64,000 nucleotides of DNA from Lingula anatina. Taxonomy: Eukaryota > Animalia > Brachiopoda. Shown here one piece after another: positions 45,401 to 60,400 of this stretch. Under the pieces are notes generated by a model, which ran no database searches, had not been told where the DNA came from, and worked only from the letters and a program-made list of their open reading frames with translations. Position numbers and translations under genes: made by a program. The first letter of the stretch is position 1. Each line of letters begins with the position of its first letter. The stretch spans positions 8,680,001 to 8,744,000 of the forward strand of contig CM120643.1 in the NCBI GenBank assembly GCA_051362555.1, given 5' to 3'.

Positions 45401-48400
45401 GTTTGTAGAGAGCAATATGATGGATAGTTGGTGTAGCTTGGACATCTGAGGGAAAATTGAATTTGAAATTCATAATTTAATATATAATTATGTGATTTTA
45501 CAATGTCATGGATATAACGAATATACCATTCCAAACATTTACAGCATTTTGCTCAGCTTTGTCTATAGCATACAAGATGGAAGCCAATGTAGGTGGGTAA
45601 TCTGTTAAAATATGGTACAATGCTAATTAAATATCATCGGAGACTAAGAAGACTTAATTCTCACAGATGTAGGATCTCACACATTAAAGAATTTGGCAGG
45701 GTGTTTCCCCACAAAGTGGCAAATTTTGGATATATTAATACCAAAATCAAATGAAATAACAGTCATATACATGTAGATAAATAAAGTGAGAACTTACAGT
45801 ATAAATTCATAAATCCATATTCTTAAAACCACTCTCCAACAATTACACTTGATTTAATCAGAATACACTAGCTGGATGCCAACATTCTCTTGGGGCCATT
45901 ATTTCAAAAATGTGAATACAATTCATATACCAATTTATTCAAATAAATCATTAAAGTGCATACTTTTCTCTACAGCTGTACTGTCCAGTCTTGGCATCCA
46001 AACACTGGCAGTCATACTGGCAGCCATCAGACCAACTCTCATCCTGTTTGTAGGTCTTGCCATTGTACACACAGCCATCTGCAAAACAAAAAACAATTCA
46101 ATAAATAAAAACATGTTGCTTACATTTTGATTTGTACCCTTAAATATAACCAAGAACTCCATAAAGAGAATAAAAACAAATATCTGTATTCAAGAAGGAT
46201 AAATCCAAAAGTGCTAAGTCCCATATTACTTTCCACAATATAACTAAATAGACCAACATGAATATGATAAAAATTTCTTTTCAAAATATATTAATCATCC
46301 ATAAAAGCAATACAAGCAATTTTACAAAAATCCTAAAATTTGACTTATACAGACATTTTAAAAGACCATCATACTTGATGTTCCAATATTTTAACCTTGA
46401 CATCAGTGACCCTGCCCTAATAAGATGCCCTTGACATGCATACCTGTTTAATCACATTATACATTAACATCATGTTCTCACAAAAATTTCCCTTATCTTT
46501 ATCTACCCACAGACTTTGAGTGCCTTGCTCAGACAAACCAGGCCTATTTTCCACAAAATACACTTACTTCTCGTTCCAGTAATTCCTCCGACGGTTCCAG
46601 GAAGCACAACACCAGTGGTGCTTCCTCCTGTGCCAGTGGTGCTTCCTCCCGTACCGGTGATGCTTCCTCCTGTGCCAGTGGTGCTTCCTCCTGTACCAGT
46701 GGTGCTTCCTCCTGTACCAGTGATGGTGCCAAGAGTACTGCTAGGGTTCCCACCAGGGATGATGCCAGGGCGGTACCCTGTGAGGGCTGGTGGATATGTG
46801 CCTATGAGTTCATTGACAGGAGTGTTGGTGCACCTTGGTTTCCTGCAGCACTCTCCAGCCACGGTTTGCAGGGTGCAGTCAGAGGGGAGGTTTTCATACT
46901 TAGGGCAGCTGGAGGAAAGAGACACACAGTTTGGGTAATTTATACGATAATTAATATTGTAAAAGTCACAAATCAAAAAAGTTTTAAGATCTGAAAGGCA
47001 CATGAATGATTTTCTATGGTAATTATTATGGACACGTCAGTTTGTGTTATCATTTGTGCCATATTATGCCAGGGCAGTCACACAAACTGAAGATCAAATT
47101 AGGCAGGGATAAATTATTTTATTGTTGTGAAAAATCATTGGAAGAATCATTTTTCCAAATTAAAAAATTAATAAATAAATAAAAAAATAAAAGAGAGAGA
47201 GAAAGAAAAAAACAGTAAAACTAACAATATACAAGTTTCTGGGGTAGCGCTAACACTCGCCAATTTAGCCAAATGCTAAAAATGGCTTAACTTGGCTAAA
47301 CAAAAAGGGCTTGATTTGACTCATTTTAGTCAAATTAAAACCATTTGGATAACAAATTGACAAAAAACAGTGATTTGGCTAAGCGAAAAAAATTGCTAGC
47401 GCTACTCCAGAGTTCCATTTCAATCATACTAAAGACATAAATGCAATGTTAAAGACCTACATGATCATACAGAGAACTCTTAATCATAGTACTTACAGGT
47501 CTCTGCACTTCCAGAATCCCATCTTGCCATCAGTACACTCACATTCATACTGGCATCCATCATTCCACTTAGCTCCTTCATTATACAGCCTGTTCTTGTA
47601 CAGACACATGCCTAGAAATGGTTTATTATTATATCTAATTCAGTGTACCTGAATTCAACATGAAATTCATTATTAAAGTAATGTCAGTATGTCAAATGAT
47701 GTGAACAAATCAAGTTTGCTTTATTTTAAAACCAAAAAGAGACTTCTCTGTCTTTAACATTTTCAGAACAGAAAATAATTCAGGGTTCCACCTGTTCTTA
47801 TAAAATAGAAATGATTTGGGTATCATTAATTTTGTGTTAAAAGTCATACCTGGCATCGATTTAAAACATCAAATAGGGTTTATTGATAACAAATGCAAGA
47901 AAGGCCATTCAGCAGTACTTAATCAATCATACACCTCTTCCCTTCTGTTTAGCAGAGTTATATCCCAACACAAGAAAGCATTTGTGGAAACAAAAAAAAT
48001 GTGGGTTGGATCTTTAATGTTGTCCATAAGCCTTACAGGTAAACTTCATCCTACTTAGTACAATATCCACTTACTGTTATATCCAGTAATGCTTCCAGTG
48101 GATCCACCTGGGATGACGCCACCACCTGTGATACCACCAGGTAAGGTGCCTGTACCAGTGCCACCTGGGATGATGCCACCACCTGTGATACCACCAGGGA
48201 GGGTGCCTGTGCCAGTACCACCTGGGATGATGCCACCGCCTGTGATACCACCAGGGAGGGTGCCTGTGCCAGTACCACCTGGGTTAGTGCCTGTGGTGCC
48301 ACCAGGAAGGGTGCCTGTGCCAGTACCACCTGGGTTGGTGCCTGTGGTGCCACCAGGGAGGGTGCCTGTGCCAGTACCACCTGGGTTAGTGCCTGTGGTG

Positions 48401-51400
48401 CCACCAGGGAGGGTGCCTTGGCAGTTAACAGTTGGGCAACATTGTCCAATCACATTGACAAGCTTGCATGTGGATGGTAGGTCGGGGTAGGTAACACACC
48501 TAGAAATAAGAAAAATGAGTTTTTCAAATACCTGACAGTAAGAAATATACCTTTTTTTTTCTTTTGTACCAAAACAAATTAAAGTGATTTATTTACAAAC
48601 CAGCACTTACTGTGAGAATAGTAGTTTCATACGAATATGAGAGTTAAGTATTGCCGATCTAACATCTTACTTTATCATCAATCACGGTAAAGTATGTAAC
48701 TTTTATGGAGGGATGCCATTGCACAGGCACATACGACTGGAAAGTTTGTAAATATTTTTTTGGCATGATTGACTGTTCCGAATATTAAAATTTCTGCGTC
48801 AACTCACATTTCTGTACATCTGTAGAATCCTCTGATGGCGTCTTCACAAGTACACTGGTAATCACATCCATCATTCCAGTTCTCTCCCTGAGAGTATATC
48901 CTACCGTTGTAGTAGCAGCCATCTGAAACAGAACAAAGCAAAACCATTTATTTCTCTATCTATTGCATTTCTCATTTAAACTTTATTTATAAGGGCAAAA
49001 GCATGATTAGTCTAAATTTTTTCTTTCTCGTGGCCCTATTAAGGTGAAAGAAGTTAACACTATAATAGTGTATTTAAACTGATTATACATTATGCTATTA
49101 TCCCAAAAGATTTTACCAAAGTGCCAAAAACCATTCTGTCAATATCAAACAGTAACCAAAACGTGCTGCTTTCCATACTATGGTATGATCTAATTTCTTT
49201 CATCAATATTGACAGAGGAAATTATTTTACAAAGTGACGGGTCTCATGGCTAATAAAGGAAAAGTACTGGCAGCAAGTAACAAAACAACAAAGCAGCTAT
49301 ATTTACATTATGAAATGCAACTGCAGATTAACTATAATATAATACTAATAACTTACTTCTCGTTCCAGTTATGGAGCCAACAGAGGATGGCACCACGCCG
49401 ACTCCAGTGAAGCTACCCTGTGTTCCAGGAACTGGCACAGTGCCAGTGCCTGTGATGGAGCCAGTGGTGCCTGTGGGGGTGCCTGGTTTGGGGGTCACGC
49501 CTGGTTTGGGAGTCATGCCTGGTTTGGGGGTCACGCCTGTGGGAGGTCTGGTGCCTGTGATGCTCCCTGTAGTGCCTGAACACTTGGGTCTCTTACAGCA
49601 AGGGTTGGTGGGATCTGTCTCCAGGACACAGTTGGAGGGAAGGTTGGTGTATTGTGGGCATCTGTAATTATTTATTATATAATATAGCGTTTCTTAGGCA
49701 ATATGTGTTTATAATTAATAGGGCAAGGGTATTATCACATCTATATAGGGGGTGTAATGTGACAGAGAGTCCCCCCCATGATAGAGTCCACTTCCCATTC
49801 ATTTATACAGGTAAGCCTCGCTCTAGATTTTGACCCACTTAGGTCAGGCTAACCCTTATAATTAAATGGAGGGCAGACTTACTGTTACACAGACCCTCAG
49901 TTTCATTTCAGGAGCCCCTGTGGAGGACATCAATACAAAATCTAAACAAACGAATAAATGCAGAAGTATCTATTTGTAACGTTGTCGGTGTTATCACATT
50001 ATCAATTTACTAGAAATATCAAAATAACTTACTCATCCACACATCTGAGGCTTCCTGTGGTGTCATCCAGGCATGTGCAGCTCTGGCAGTTATCCTTCCA
50101 TTGTTGACCAGTCTTAAATCGGCGGCCATCACTGTACACACAGTAGTTCTCTAAGAATGTTCAAGGACAATCAATATATAGAGATGAAAAGGAAAAAATG
50201 GTGTGCAGTTTTACATAGGGGAGGGGTCTTGAGGGAATGAATACAGCACTCAAACAACCAGCTTTTTGTCTATGCAGTCTTAAATGTATTTATCAGTAAA
50301 CAATTATCACATGATTTTTTAAATTTTTGTTAGAGATATACATCGTTCATGTATAAACAAAAAGAAATCAACAATCCTTGGCAAATAAGCTATAAGTCTG
50401 TTTAAATTCCACTTCTTTCCATGTTTTCTACCCACACCTCTGTCCAGTGACAGCAGATGGTTTCCTGGTTGGTATGGTAATAGTAACCATGGTAATGGTA
50501 ATGGTAACCATGGCAATTAAAAGTCTGTTTAAAATTTCACTTGTTTTCTACCTACCTCTCTGTCCAGTGACAGCAGATGGTTTCCTGGTTGGGATGGGGA
50601 ACGGTGGTGGAGTGGTGGTCGTCTCTGGGTCACACTGTGGAGTCTGGCAACAAGTGTCCAATGGGTTTGTTACGAGGCGGCAATTTGATGGGAGGTTAGT
50701 GAAACGGGTACATCTGGAGAGAAAATTCTCAGTTATTAAAAAATCACTTATTTGACTATTAATTAATAAAAATGGTAGGCTGGGACATAATTCTTAAAAT
50801 GTTTCATCGGTAGAGAAAATCAAGTATAAAACTTGTACATCAGATTTTAAAAAATACAGCGTTTTTATGTCATGGAATTGTATTAACTTTGCATCTTTTT
50901 GGAGTAGCATGATGTTTGCATTCAAGCACATGTTGTTCACTTCTTGACTGAACATACATGTTATTGTTACTTAAACATATCTCATTACAACAAGTGTTCT
51001 TCCATGTTCTGTTCTATATAACTTGTACCCACCTTTCTGTGCACTTGTAAACACCAGTGGTTCCGTCCTCGCAGACACAGTTGTACTGGCAGCCATCTTG
51101 CCACGTCTGTCCCTGGGTGAAAACTCTTCCCTTGTAGACACACACACCTTCAATGTACAGATATGATAAAATTGAGGTTTGGACATGATTCTATACTTAT
51201 ATTGCAACAATCAGATAATGTTTTTTGTTTAGGGGGCTACAATGAAAAGTACACTGCGAACAGAATTAAAGGAATTTATGAATCACTAAATTTTTTTACA
51301 GTACATACAAAAAGCTAAATGTTGTCAAGAACTATACTGAATTCAAGAAGATCTTTTTAGTAAAATACAAACCAAGTATCAGAAAAAAAATCTTAATTAT

Positions 51401-54400
51401 GATGACACAAACTGCACAGTAAATTTTCTGACAAAATCTCAAAAACCTTGACTTTACGCAGAGTACTAACATCCACTACAGTAGCAGACTATCAAGGTTT
51501 GCTCTGAAAAGTGAAACAAAATCAAAAAACCAAAGAAATTAGAACAAATTCTTGGTCTTACTTCTGGTTCCTGTGATGGAGCCTGTGGAGCCACCTATAG
51601 GTGAGCTGGTGCCTTGGATGACATTGACGGTTCCAGAGGGGTTGATAACTACACTAGTCCCAGTGGGCAGGGTCCCAGTGCCAGTGATGACACCTGGTGG
51701 TGCAGTCGGGATGACAACACTACCTGGAATTATAAATTATTAAATGTAATGAAAGAGTAAAACTGGAAAATCTTCCTTAATATGCCACCAAAAATATCAC
51801 GACTCAGGTTTGTAGAGCATGATGTTTCGCAAAATTGCAATTTTGAAATGGCCATATAAACTAACCACTGCTGCTGTAAATTTGCCATTTGAATAAAATA
51901 ACTCAAAAATTGCTTTTTTTTCTTTTTTTTAGTAATTTGGCTAAAATTCATAAATTTGATAACCATTTTCAAAAATGACACACAGTTCTTCCCATGAAAA
52001 CCCAGGTCTCACCTGGCTGGCCTGGGCGCGGGGTCACTGAGCCGCCACCAGTGATGGTGCCGGGTTTCACGGTGGCCGGTCCATTGCCTGTTCCTGTGGA
52101 GCTTCCTGGGTTGCCAGTTGGGTTGTAGCATTGTGGGATACGGCAGCAGGAATCGCGCGGATCGACCACCATGATGCAGTTGGATGGCATGTTGGTATAG
52201 CGGGCACATCTAGGATCGAAGGCAAAATCTTAACAAAGTTTTTTATAAACAACTGGTATTAAACCTAATTATATATGCTTATAAACCCTCTAAATACCAA
52301 TACATCTTCATAATGAAAAGTCCTTTGATAAAACAAGTTTCAATATTTAATACCAAGCTGGCACAGGTCACCGTAAATTGAGGCCTGTCCTGGCAACTCA
52401 GTAGATGTGGAGTAAACTGGAGGGTTTAAGGTATTTTAAATGAAAAAACCCACCAACCTCTCATCACAGTTGTAAATGCCAGTCATTTCATCGTCACATC
52501 GACACTTCTTCTCACACCCATCATACCACTCCTGGCCCTGGCGGTATGGGTAGTTGTTGTACACGCAGTAGCCTGGAAAAAAATTAAAATACCTTTAAAC
52601 AAGTATTCTAGAATGGTTGGGTACAGTGTGTCAAAAATATGATATTCATTTGAAATAGGTTTATTATAATTTTTTAATACATTTTATGAAATGCTGCCTT
52701 AGGTGCGCTTTTCTGTGCATATAAAATGGACACAAAGGACAAGATAATTTTGTCTCACATTATAAAATCTAAAGTTTTATAACATTTTATTTCATAATGA
52801 TATAGTAAGTGTAAGGAAGAAGTAATGACTGAACTTGTGTTCCATTTCATTAAGGATGAAATGAAATGAAAGAAACATCCATATCCGGAACAAAATTTTG
52901 AAAACTGTTCTCTGTGTAATTTGCTGTGGCAGGAATTCTTGTTTCAACCTTTCTCTCATTTGATAAGTCATGCAGCCATTTACTAAACTTTGTACTTAAA
53001 TCAGACTTTTGATTGATTATCTTGTAAACCAATAAATGAACTTACGTGGCTGTGGGCTTTGCGTTGGATTAGGGTTGGGGCTCTGTGTTGGATTTGGATT
53101 TGGGTTTGGATTAGGGTTGGGGCTCTGAGTTGGGTTTGGATTTGGATTAGGGTTGGGGCTCAGAGTTGGGTTGGGGTTAGGATTTGGATTAGGGTTGGGG
53201 TTTGGTGCCTGTGTCACTGGTGGTCTGGTTCCACTGATGGAGCCAGTGGTTCCATCACATTTTGGAACCTTGCAGCAAGGATCCTTGGGATCGATGACCA
53301 TCCTGCATGCCGATGGTAGATTGGGGTAAGAGTTGCACCTGTCAGTAAAACATAATTCATTTAAGGCATATTCTTTTTTCTTTTGTCCCAGAATGCAGTT
53401 AACAAAAAAAAAATCAAATCATCTTTCAGGTTTCTTATATCCCCCTCCCTTTCTCTAAAGAGAGACAAAAGCAACACAATAATAAAATCCATATGTAATC
53501 TAGCAGGATATCAAGAGTCCTGGCTTGAAAAACCAGAAACTGTCCAACAAAATATCTTTGTGCAGTTGTTAAGGTACATGTTGTTGTGCATCTGATTCAA
53601 ACATATGTGGGAAACCATCTTGAAAATTTTGTCAATATGATCTTTTTGTGTCTTTACTGGACAACATAAGAAAAGATAATTAGCTACTACTACGTGAAAT
53701 TATTCATTTAGTATGTCTCTGGTAACTTGAGCAGGATAAAAAGCAACATAATGATTACCCTTGATCTTAAACTTCTTCTAGTCTACAAAAAAGGAAGAAA
53801 TTATGTAAACAGGTGAAATTTCTCATCACTAAAAAGATTAATTATTTCTAGAAGAAATATTAAAATTTTATCTGATAAATGCATCGAACCTGTCCTTGCA
53901 TCTGTACAATCCGGTCTGGTCATTGATGCATTCACAGTTGTACGTGCAGCCATCTTGCCACTTGTCTCCAGTGCTGTACGTCTGTCCCTTGTAGAAGCAG
54001 TAAGCTGGATAAAAAATAAGAACAGGAGTCACATACCAAATAGGCTTCCATATATGTACCATCATCATTAATTAAACAACTGCTAGAGAGAGTAGTGGGC
54101 ACCAGAAAGGAAAAGACATAAAGGAAGACAGAACGAAACATCAAGACAATCTGTTGAGAAGGAGAGATGACAGAAAAACAAGGATGGACGTGGGGGCAGC
54201 TTAAGGGTTATACATCAGACAGACAACACTGGTGAGCTCTGGTGAATGCCTTATGTGCCACAGCAGTATGAAGAGGATAGTCAGTCATCAGTCAGTCAGA
54301 GAGTAGAAAAACAAAGAAAAAAAATTATAAACAGTCAAGAAACTTTACAACTGAACATTGCTGCTTGCCAGTGGACTTAAAAGTATTGCCAAAGAAAGAT

Positions 54401-57400
54401 ATTAATTTTTTTGCATCAAAAGAGGCTTACTTCTGGGTCTTCCAGTGACTCCTGGTGCTGGAGTTGGTGCAATCTGTGGAGGTGGAGTGCCACTGCCAGT
54501 AATCACGCCTGGTTGCAAGGGGTTGATCACAGAACTGCCACCAGCTGGATCTGGGTTCCCAGTGTTGGGGTTTGTGTTTGGACACTGTGGAATCTTGCAG
54601 CACTGTGGGTCCTGTGGATCAGCCACCATCTGGCAGTTTGCTGGAACGTTCTGGTAGGTGCGACACCTAAAGATGGATCAACAGATAGATAGACACACAC
54701 AAAAAGAAAGATGTAAATATATCATCTGATACCTCAGAACCAATGCTTAAGAAAAGAGTTAAATTTTTGACTGGGTTGCAAGAAAAATAAATTGAGAAAT
54801 GATGCAGTGGCCCTGCAACCAAGAATCGGCCCAGGGGTCTCTTAACGTGGAAAACCAAGATCAAAAATCATATTTGTAATTTAATTACAGGGAAGAAAAT
54901 AATGTCTGTTTTACTCACCTATCAGTACAGCGGTAGAATCCAGTTTTTCCGTCTTCACAGACACAATTCCTGTCACAGCCATCTGTCCAGGTCTGTCCCT
55001 GCACGTATCTGATGTTTTTGTATGTGCAGACATCTGTAACGGTTCCATGGGAATGCTAATATAAACTACATGTCTAATGCTAAGTTCAATGCATATAACT
55101 AGCAAGTGAATATGCTGTGTTACTTAGGAAATTGAATATCTTTTAAATGAAATCCTTTCAAATACTGTGTTACTTAGGAAAATGAATATCTTTTAAATTA
55201 AATTCTTTCAGCTTAATCTTTAACTAATGACTTCATAAGAGAAAAATTGGTTTCACAGCTAAAACAGATTGTAGTTACTAGGCTTTTTGAAGAAGACACG
55301 CCATTAAGGTCTTACTATAAGAAATAAAAAAATCCAAATTAAGACTGCATTCCCAGAACTTTATAGTACTGGTTGGATTGATCTATCTCAGCGGGGATTA
55401 TCGTTAAGGCACAATCAATGTAATCAGCTTAATTGTCTGGCATACCCCCTTGCAAAGCAACATGAACAACATCATGGACCAAAAAGTTGTCCCAACTTTA
55501 CAAGTACATTAAGTTATGAAGGGGCGTGCTAGACATTTAAGCTGCTTAAACTGCATGCTATTTAGAGAGAATCAGGAGGAGTTAGATCGATCCAGCTAGT
55601 ACAACAGTCCCAAACACCTACTTCGCTGGGTTGGTGGCAGAGTTGGCTGTGGTCTGAATGTGAAGACAGGATTGGGCTGCACTGTTGAGACTCCTGGTGC
55701 CACACTCCCAGGGTTAGGGTTGGGATTTGGTGTAACACTGGGGTTTGGATTGGGGTTGGGGTTTGGATTGGGGTTGGGTGTGCAAACTGGTTTCTGGCAG
55801 CAGTAGTCATTTGGATCTTGCTGCATTCTACAGTAGCTTGGTAGGTTTGGATACTTGGGACATCTGCAAATAAAGATATTAAACATTCAAAATATATTTT
55901 AGCAAAATAAACAACTCGCTAACAAAGATGTAAAAAAGAAAAAAGTTAAAAGCTTTTTAGCTTCAGCTGACATCTAATCAATATTACAATTTTGTCATCC
56001 AAATTATGCTCACTTATTTTGGTTCAATTTCAAAGAATCAAATGGCTGCCCTATACGTAGTACTAATTATTTCCTCAATTTTACTTTTCAAACATAAGGA
56101 AGTTATCTTATCTACAGCTTTTACAAATTTTGACTACAAATCATTTTTTAAAATGATATTTTTAATAGTTTGTTCCATTTATTTTTCTTGACTATCACTA
56201 CTGAAGTTTTACCTATCAGTACAGGTATAGTGCCCAGTGTTAACATCATCGCAAACACAGTTGTAGTCACAGCCATCAGCGAACCTGGCACCCTGGGTGT
56301 AATATCGGCCCTTGTACACACAATATCCTACAGGTAAAAAAAAGTCCATTTTTTTATTTTTAAGATATGCATGATTTACATTTCAAATATAAATGGAAGT
56401 TATAATGCTGAGTGAAACTTACTTGTTTCTCTTTCACCCTCTCCTCTTTCCTTTCTCTCTTGTATAGTAGGAAATCTTAATCAAAATAATACAAAAAAAA
56501 AATTCCTATAAAAATTAATACAAATTACAAATAAATATTATGACCACTACATCAGTATATACATACTTGGCTGGTTTGGAGAAGTTCCTGTGGCAGTATT
56601 TCCGGTTCCTGTGATGACTCCTGGGATACCCGTTGGAACGATTGGCACAGCGCCGCCACCTGTTGTCCCTGAAGTGACACCAGAGTAATCACAGCGTGGG
56701 GTCTTACAACAGTACTTCACGGGGTCCTGGACCAGCGTGCACTCCTTTGGAAGGTTGGTATATGTTGGGCATCTAAAATAAATTATAACAATAAAACATA
56801 ATTTCACTCTTCCTGACTTGCTGTTTTTTTCACAGAAGTTTAAAAATGCTTGAACTAAACGATTTCATAGACATATAGAATAGTTATTGATATTAAGTAA
56901 TTTCAGTTTTTTTCAACAAAATTAAAACACTGCTCATACTTATTGACATAACTGATATTTGAATAGATGGGCAATTACAACAGAAGGCATAGAAGTCACT
57001 TACAAATCATTGCAGTTGTAGAAACCAGTTGTATCATCCTCGCACACACACTCATACTGGCATCCAACTTGCCAAGTCTGTCCTTTAGCATACTGGCGGT
57101 TGTTATATACACAGTACTTCCCTGAAAGTACAGAAGAAATTCACTCACTGATGAAGATGCTCTAGACAGACATCAAAATATTGAAAGTAAACAAGTTGTT
57201 TAGAAAAATATTACTTTATTCTTATAATATTAAAGAGCCGATGAAATTCCTCTGTGAATATTTACAGTGTGTACAATCTATAATGGTGAGTTCTGCAGAT
57301 GATATCCACTTACTATTCTGTCCAGGATTTGGAGCAACAGTGTTACCAGGATTTGGTGCTACTGTGTTACCAGGATTAGGTGCTACTGTGTTACCAGGAT

Positions 57401-60400
57401 TAGGTGCTACCGTGTTTCCAGGATTAGGTGCTACCGTGTTTCCAGGATTTGGTGCTACCGTGTTTCCAGGATTTGGTGCCTCTGTGACGGTTGGGAAATT
57501 GCAGGACGGAGTCTGACAGCAAGCATCTCTTGGGTCTGGTATCATTGTGCAGTAGCTCGGGAGGTTGGTATACTTGGCACATCTACATTAAAACAATAAA
57601 GTAATGAAGAAGTTTATCAGGAAGTTTTACTTAATTCAGGGATGAGACGGCCATTTAGTGAAAAATGGCGGAAAATATCACGTGTGGTTCAGGGGGTTGC
57701 CTAGGCCAGTAAATTTTTTGGGCTCCCAAAAAGACAGAAAACTGTGGGTAGTTTGAAAATCTCATCCATGTAAATCTCATTTATGAACAATCTAAAAGAT
57801 ATCTGAAATACATGATTATGTTAGACAGCAACAAAGAGTTCCACCAAATGTTAATTGCTTGTGAAAATAAGTAAAACTTTCATAGCAGCCTCTTCAAAAA
57901 TTAAAAATAATTTACACTATCACTAGCCACATCTTAGTCTCCTACTTGCAACTAATCCATGCACATTTTCAAACCATAAATTTTAAAAGTAAGCTATACC
58001 TTTCATTACATTGGTATCTTCCAGTCACTGCATCAACACACTGGCACAAATACTTGCAGCCATCTTCCCATCTCTGTCCCTGCCTGTAGGTCTTACCATC
58101 CGTGTACACGCACACATCTGAAAACAAAGGATTCATTAAAGGGATAACAATTCTTCGTATGAGATCTATATTTCACAATAAATACATTGTATGCAACTCA
58201 TATTTAAAATATTCTAAATCTCCACAAAAACAGCAGTTATAGCAATATTTTGAAATCTGTCCTTATCATCGGACCACGTGACCTCCATAGATGGCTATAC
58301 TCTGTAATAATCTCTTATTTCTTATTTAATTTTGAGCAAAAACCGAGCTTCGTTGTGCTTGTGAACATTTGGCTACATAAACACGATAATTAAACATAAG
58401 TCGCTGTACTAACCCGTAGAGCCAGAGATACCTCCAGGGCCAGGTTTGGGAGTGATGTTACCGCCAGAAGACGGTGTGGTGCGACCACCATTTATCACAT
58501 TCCCAGTTACACTGGGGAAGTTACAGACTGGTTTCTGGCAGCAGCTATCAACAGGATCCTGTTGCATGACGCAATTCTTGGTGTCATATTGGTAGGTTGG
58601 ACACCTAGAATGAAACGGGGGAAAACATTCGTGTTAACAAAATTTTCCTTTATTTCATTATGATATATCTGTTACAGTACTTGCTTTTTAAAAATTTCTC
58701 TAATCAGATTTAAATCCTAAATAAAGGTAGGTTCATTCATTGCATGGCATATTTAATTAATTCATTTAATTGTTGTCACTGAACAAAAATCTAAAGATAA
58801 AACATATCTTAAGCGTTCTGAAGTGTATGTCACATCTTGTTGGTTATATCAATGCTCACATAATCTAGTAAGTGAAGCAATCCATCACAAATTTTAAAGT
58901 CTTGACAAAGAAAAAAAATTAAAAAAGAAAACACACACACACACACAAATCTCAAAGTGTTACTTATTCAATATACATGCATACCTCTGATCACATCTGT
59001 ATTGCCCAGTAACGCCATCTACACATATGCAGTTGTACTTGCAGCCATCTTGCCATCTCTGACCTTCAGTGTACTGAACTCCATTGTATACACATACTCC
59101 TACAATAAAATGAAAATATGTCTGTAGTATGCAAAAAATACAATGCTTAATACCAGCAAAAAACCAGAAACTACTTTTTACTTGTGAAACGCACTCGAAA
59201 TTAACTGTTTGTGCTGAGGTTAGTAATACAGTTATATTAGTGGTATGTACACATACCTACTTCTAAAAGAAATGTCTATATTTATAAAACAAAGGTAAGA
59301 TGTAATGCAATCAACCCACCCTTTCAGCCTTATGGCATGAAAATGAATCAACTTTGTGATAAGAACGTAGTAATAAAAGCCAATAGAAATTTTAATTCAT
59401 AAAAGAACTAATAACAAATTCAGAGCTTAAGAACCATGTTTAGAATCAGTTTGGAAACACTTGGAACTTACTGGGTTGTCCAATGACTGGTTTGTTAGTG
59501 ACTGGTGAAACAGTGCCAGGATTCACAACAGGTGGTGGGGTGCCAGAGCCAGTGAACCCACCTCCAGTGACAGGTGTGAAGGTGCACCTTGGTTCTTGAC
59601 AGCAGTAATCCGTCTGACTTTGCACAAGTTGGCAGCTTGCTGGGAGATTTCGGTAGGTTGGGCATCTAATTAAAAAATGATCAGAAGTACGTCTAATTAT
59701 TGGTATCACAATACCTCTGATTATTTTAATGCGTAATCCGTTTGTCTCGCACAAGTTGGCAGGTCGCTGGGAGGTTGGACATCTAATTTGAAAATGTAAT
59801 TACTAAAAGACACTCTAATTTGTTGTTTGGTTGGTCATTCGCTTGTTTGTTTTAATTGGATACAACTCACAAAAATCCTCTAATATTACCAAAAGGTTCA
59901 AGTGAGCATTTACATTACAGTAAGTTTGCCCCTTCTTGATCTTATATATCTTTCTCAGCAAATTGTCTGATAAAAGTTTATTAAATGTTTGTTCCATTTC
60001 TCATAATGTTAGCAAACCCACTGCCCTGCACAATATGCTGCTTACCTCAGAATATAAAAGAAGTAAATGGCAGACATGCATGCCTGTTTTTTTGGGTTTG
60101 CTCATCTTAAAAGGATGATCCACAGACAAGGGTCATACTAAGAAGGATCGACCTAGATGCTATGTAAATGCGACTGGTGTCTCATTATAAACAGAGCCAA
60201 CCCAATGATATTACCTTTCTGTGCATCTGTAAAACCCTGTTCTTCCATCCTCGCAGACGCAGTTGTACTGGCAGCCATCTTGCCACCTCTGGCCTTGCAC
60301 GTAGATCTGGTTGTTCCACATGCATCCCTCTGAAGTGGGAAGGAGGATGAATTATACGTAAACGAAAGAGCATCTGTTGTGAATAAACCCCTTTGCAGAG

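Noticed and set aside
43140-49667. Pro/Val-rich plus-strand ORFs (43140, 46516, 48089, 49371)
   Set aside because: Antisense shadows of Gly/Thr-rich minus-strand exons; splice signals support only the minus strand.
53060-55790. TTAGGG-like runs suggesting interstitial telomeric repeats
   Set aside because: They are the antisense of Asn-Pro codons with synonymous variation inside coding exons.
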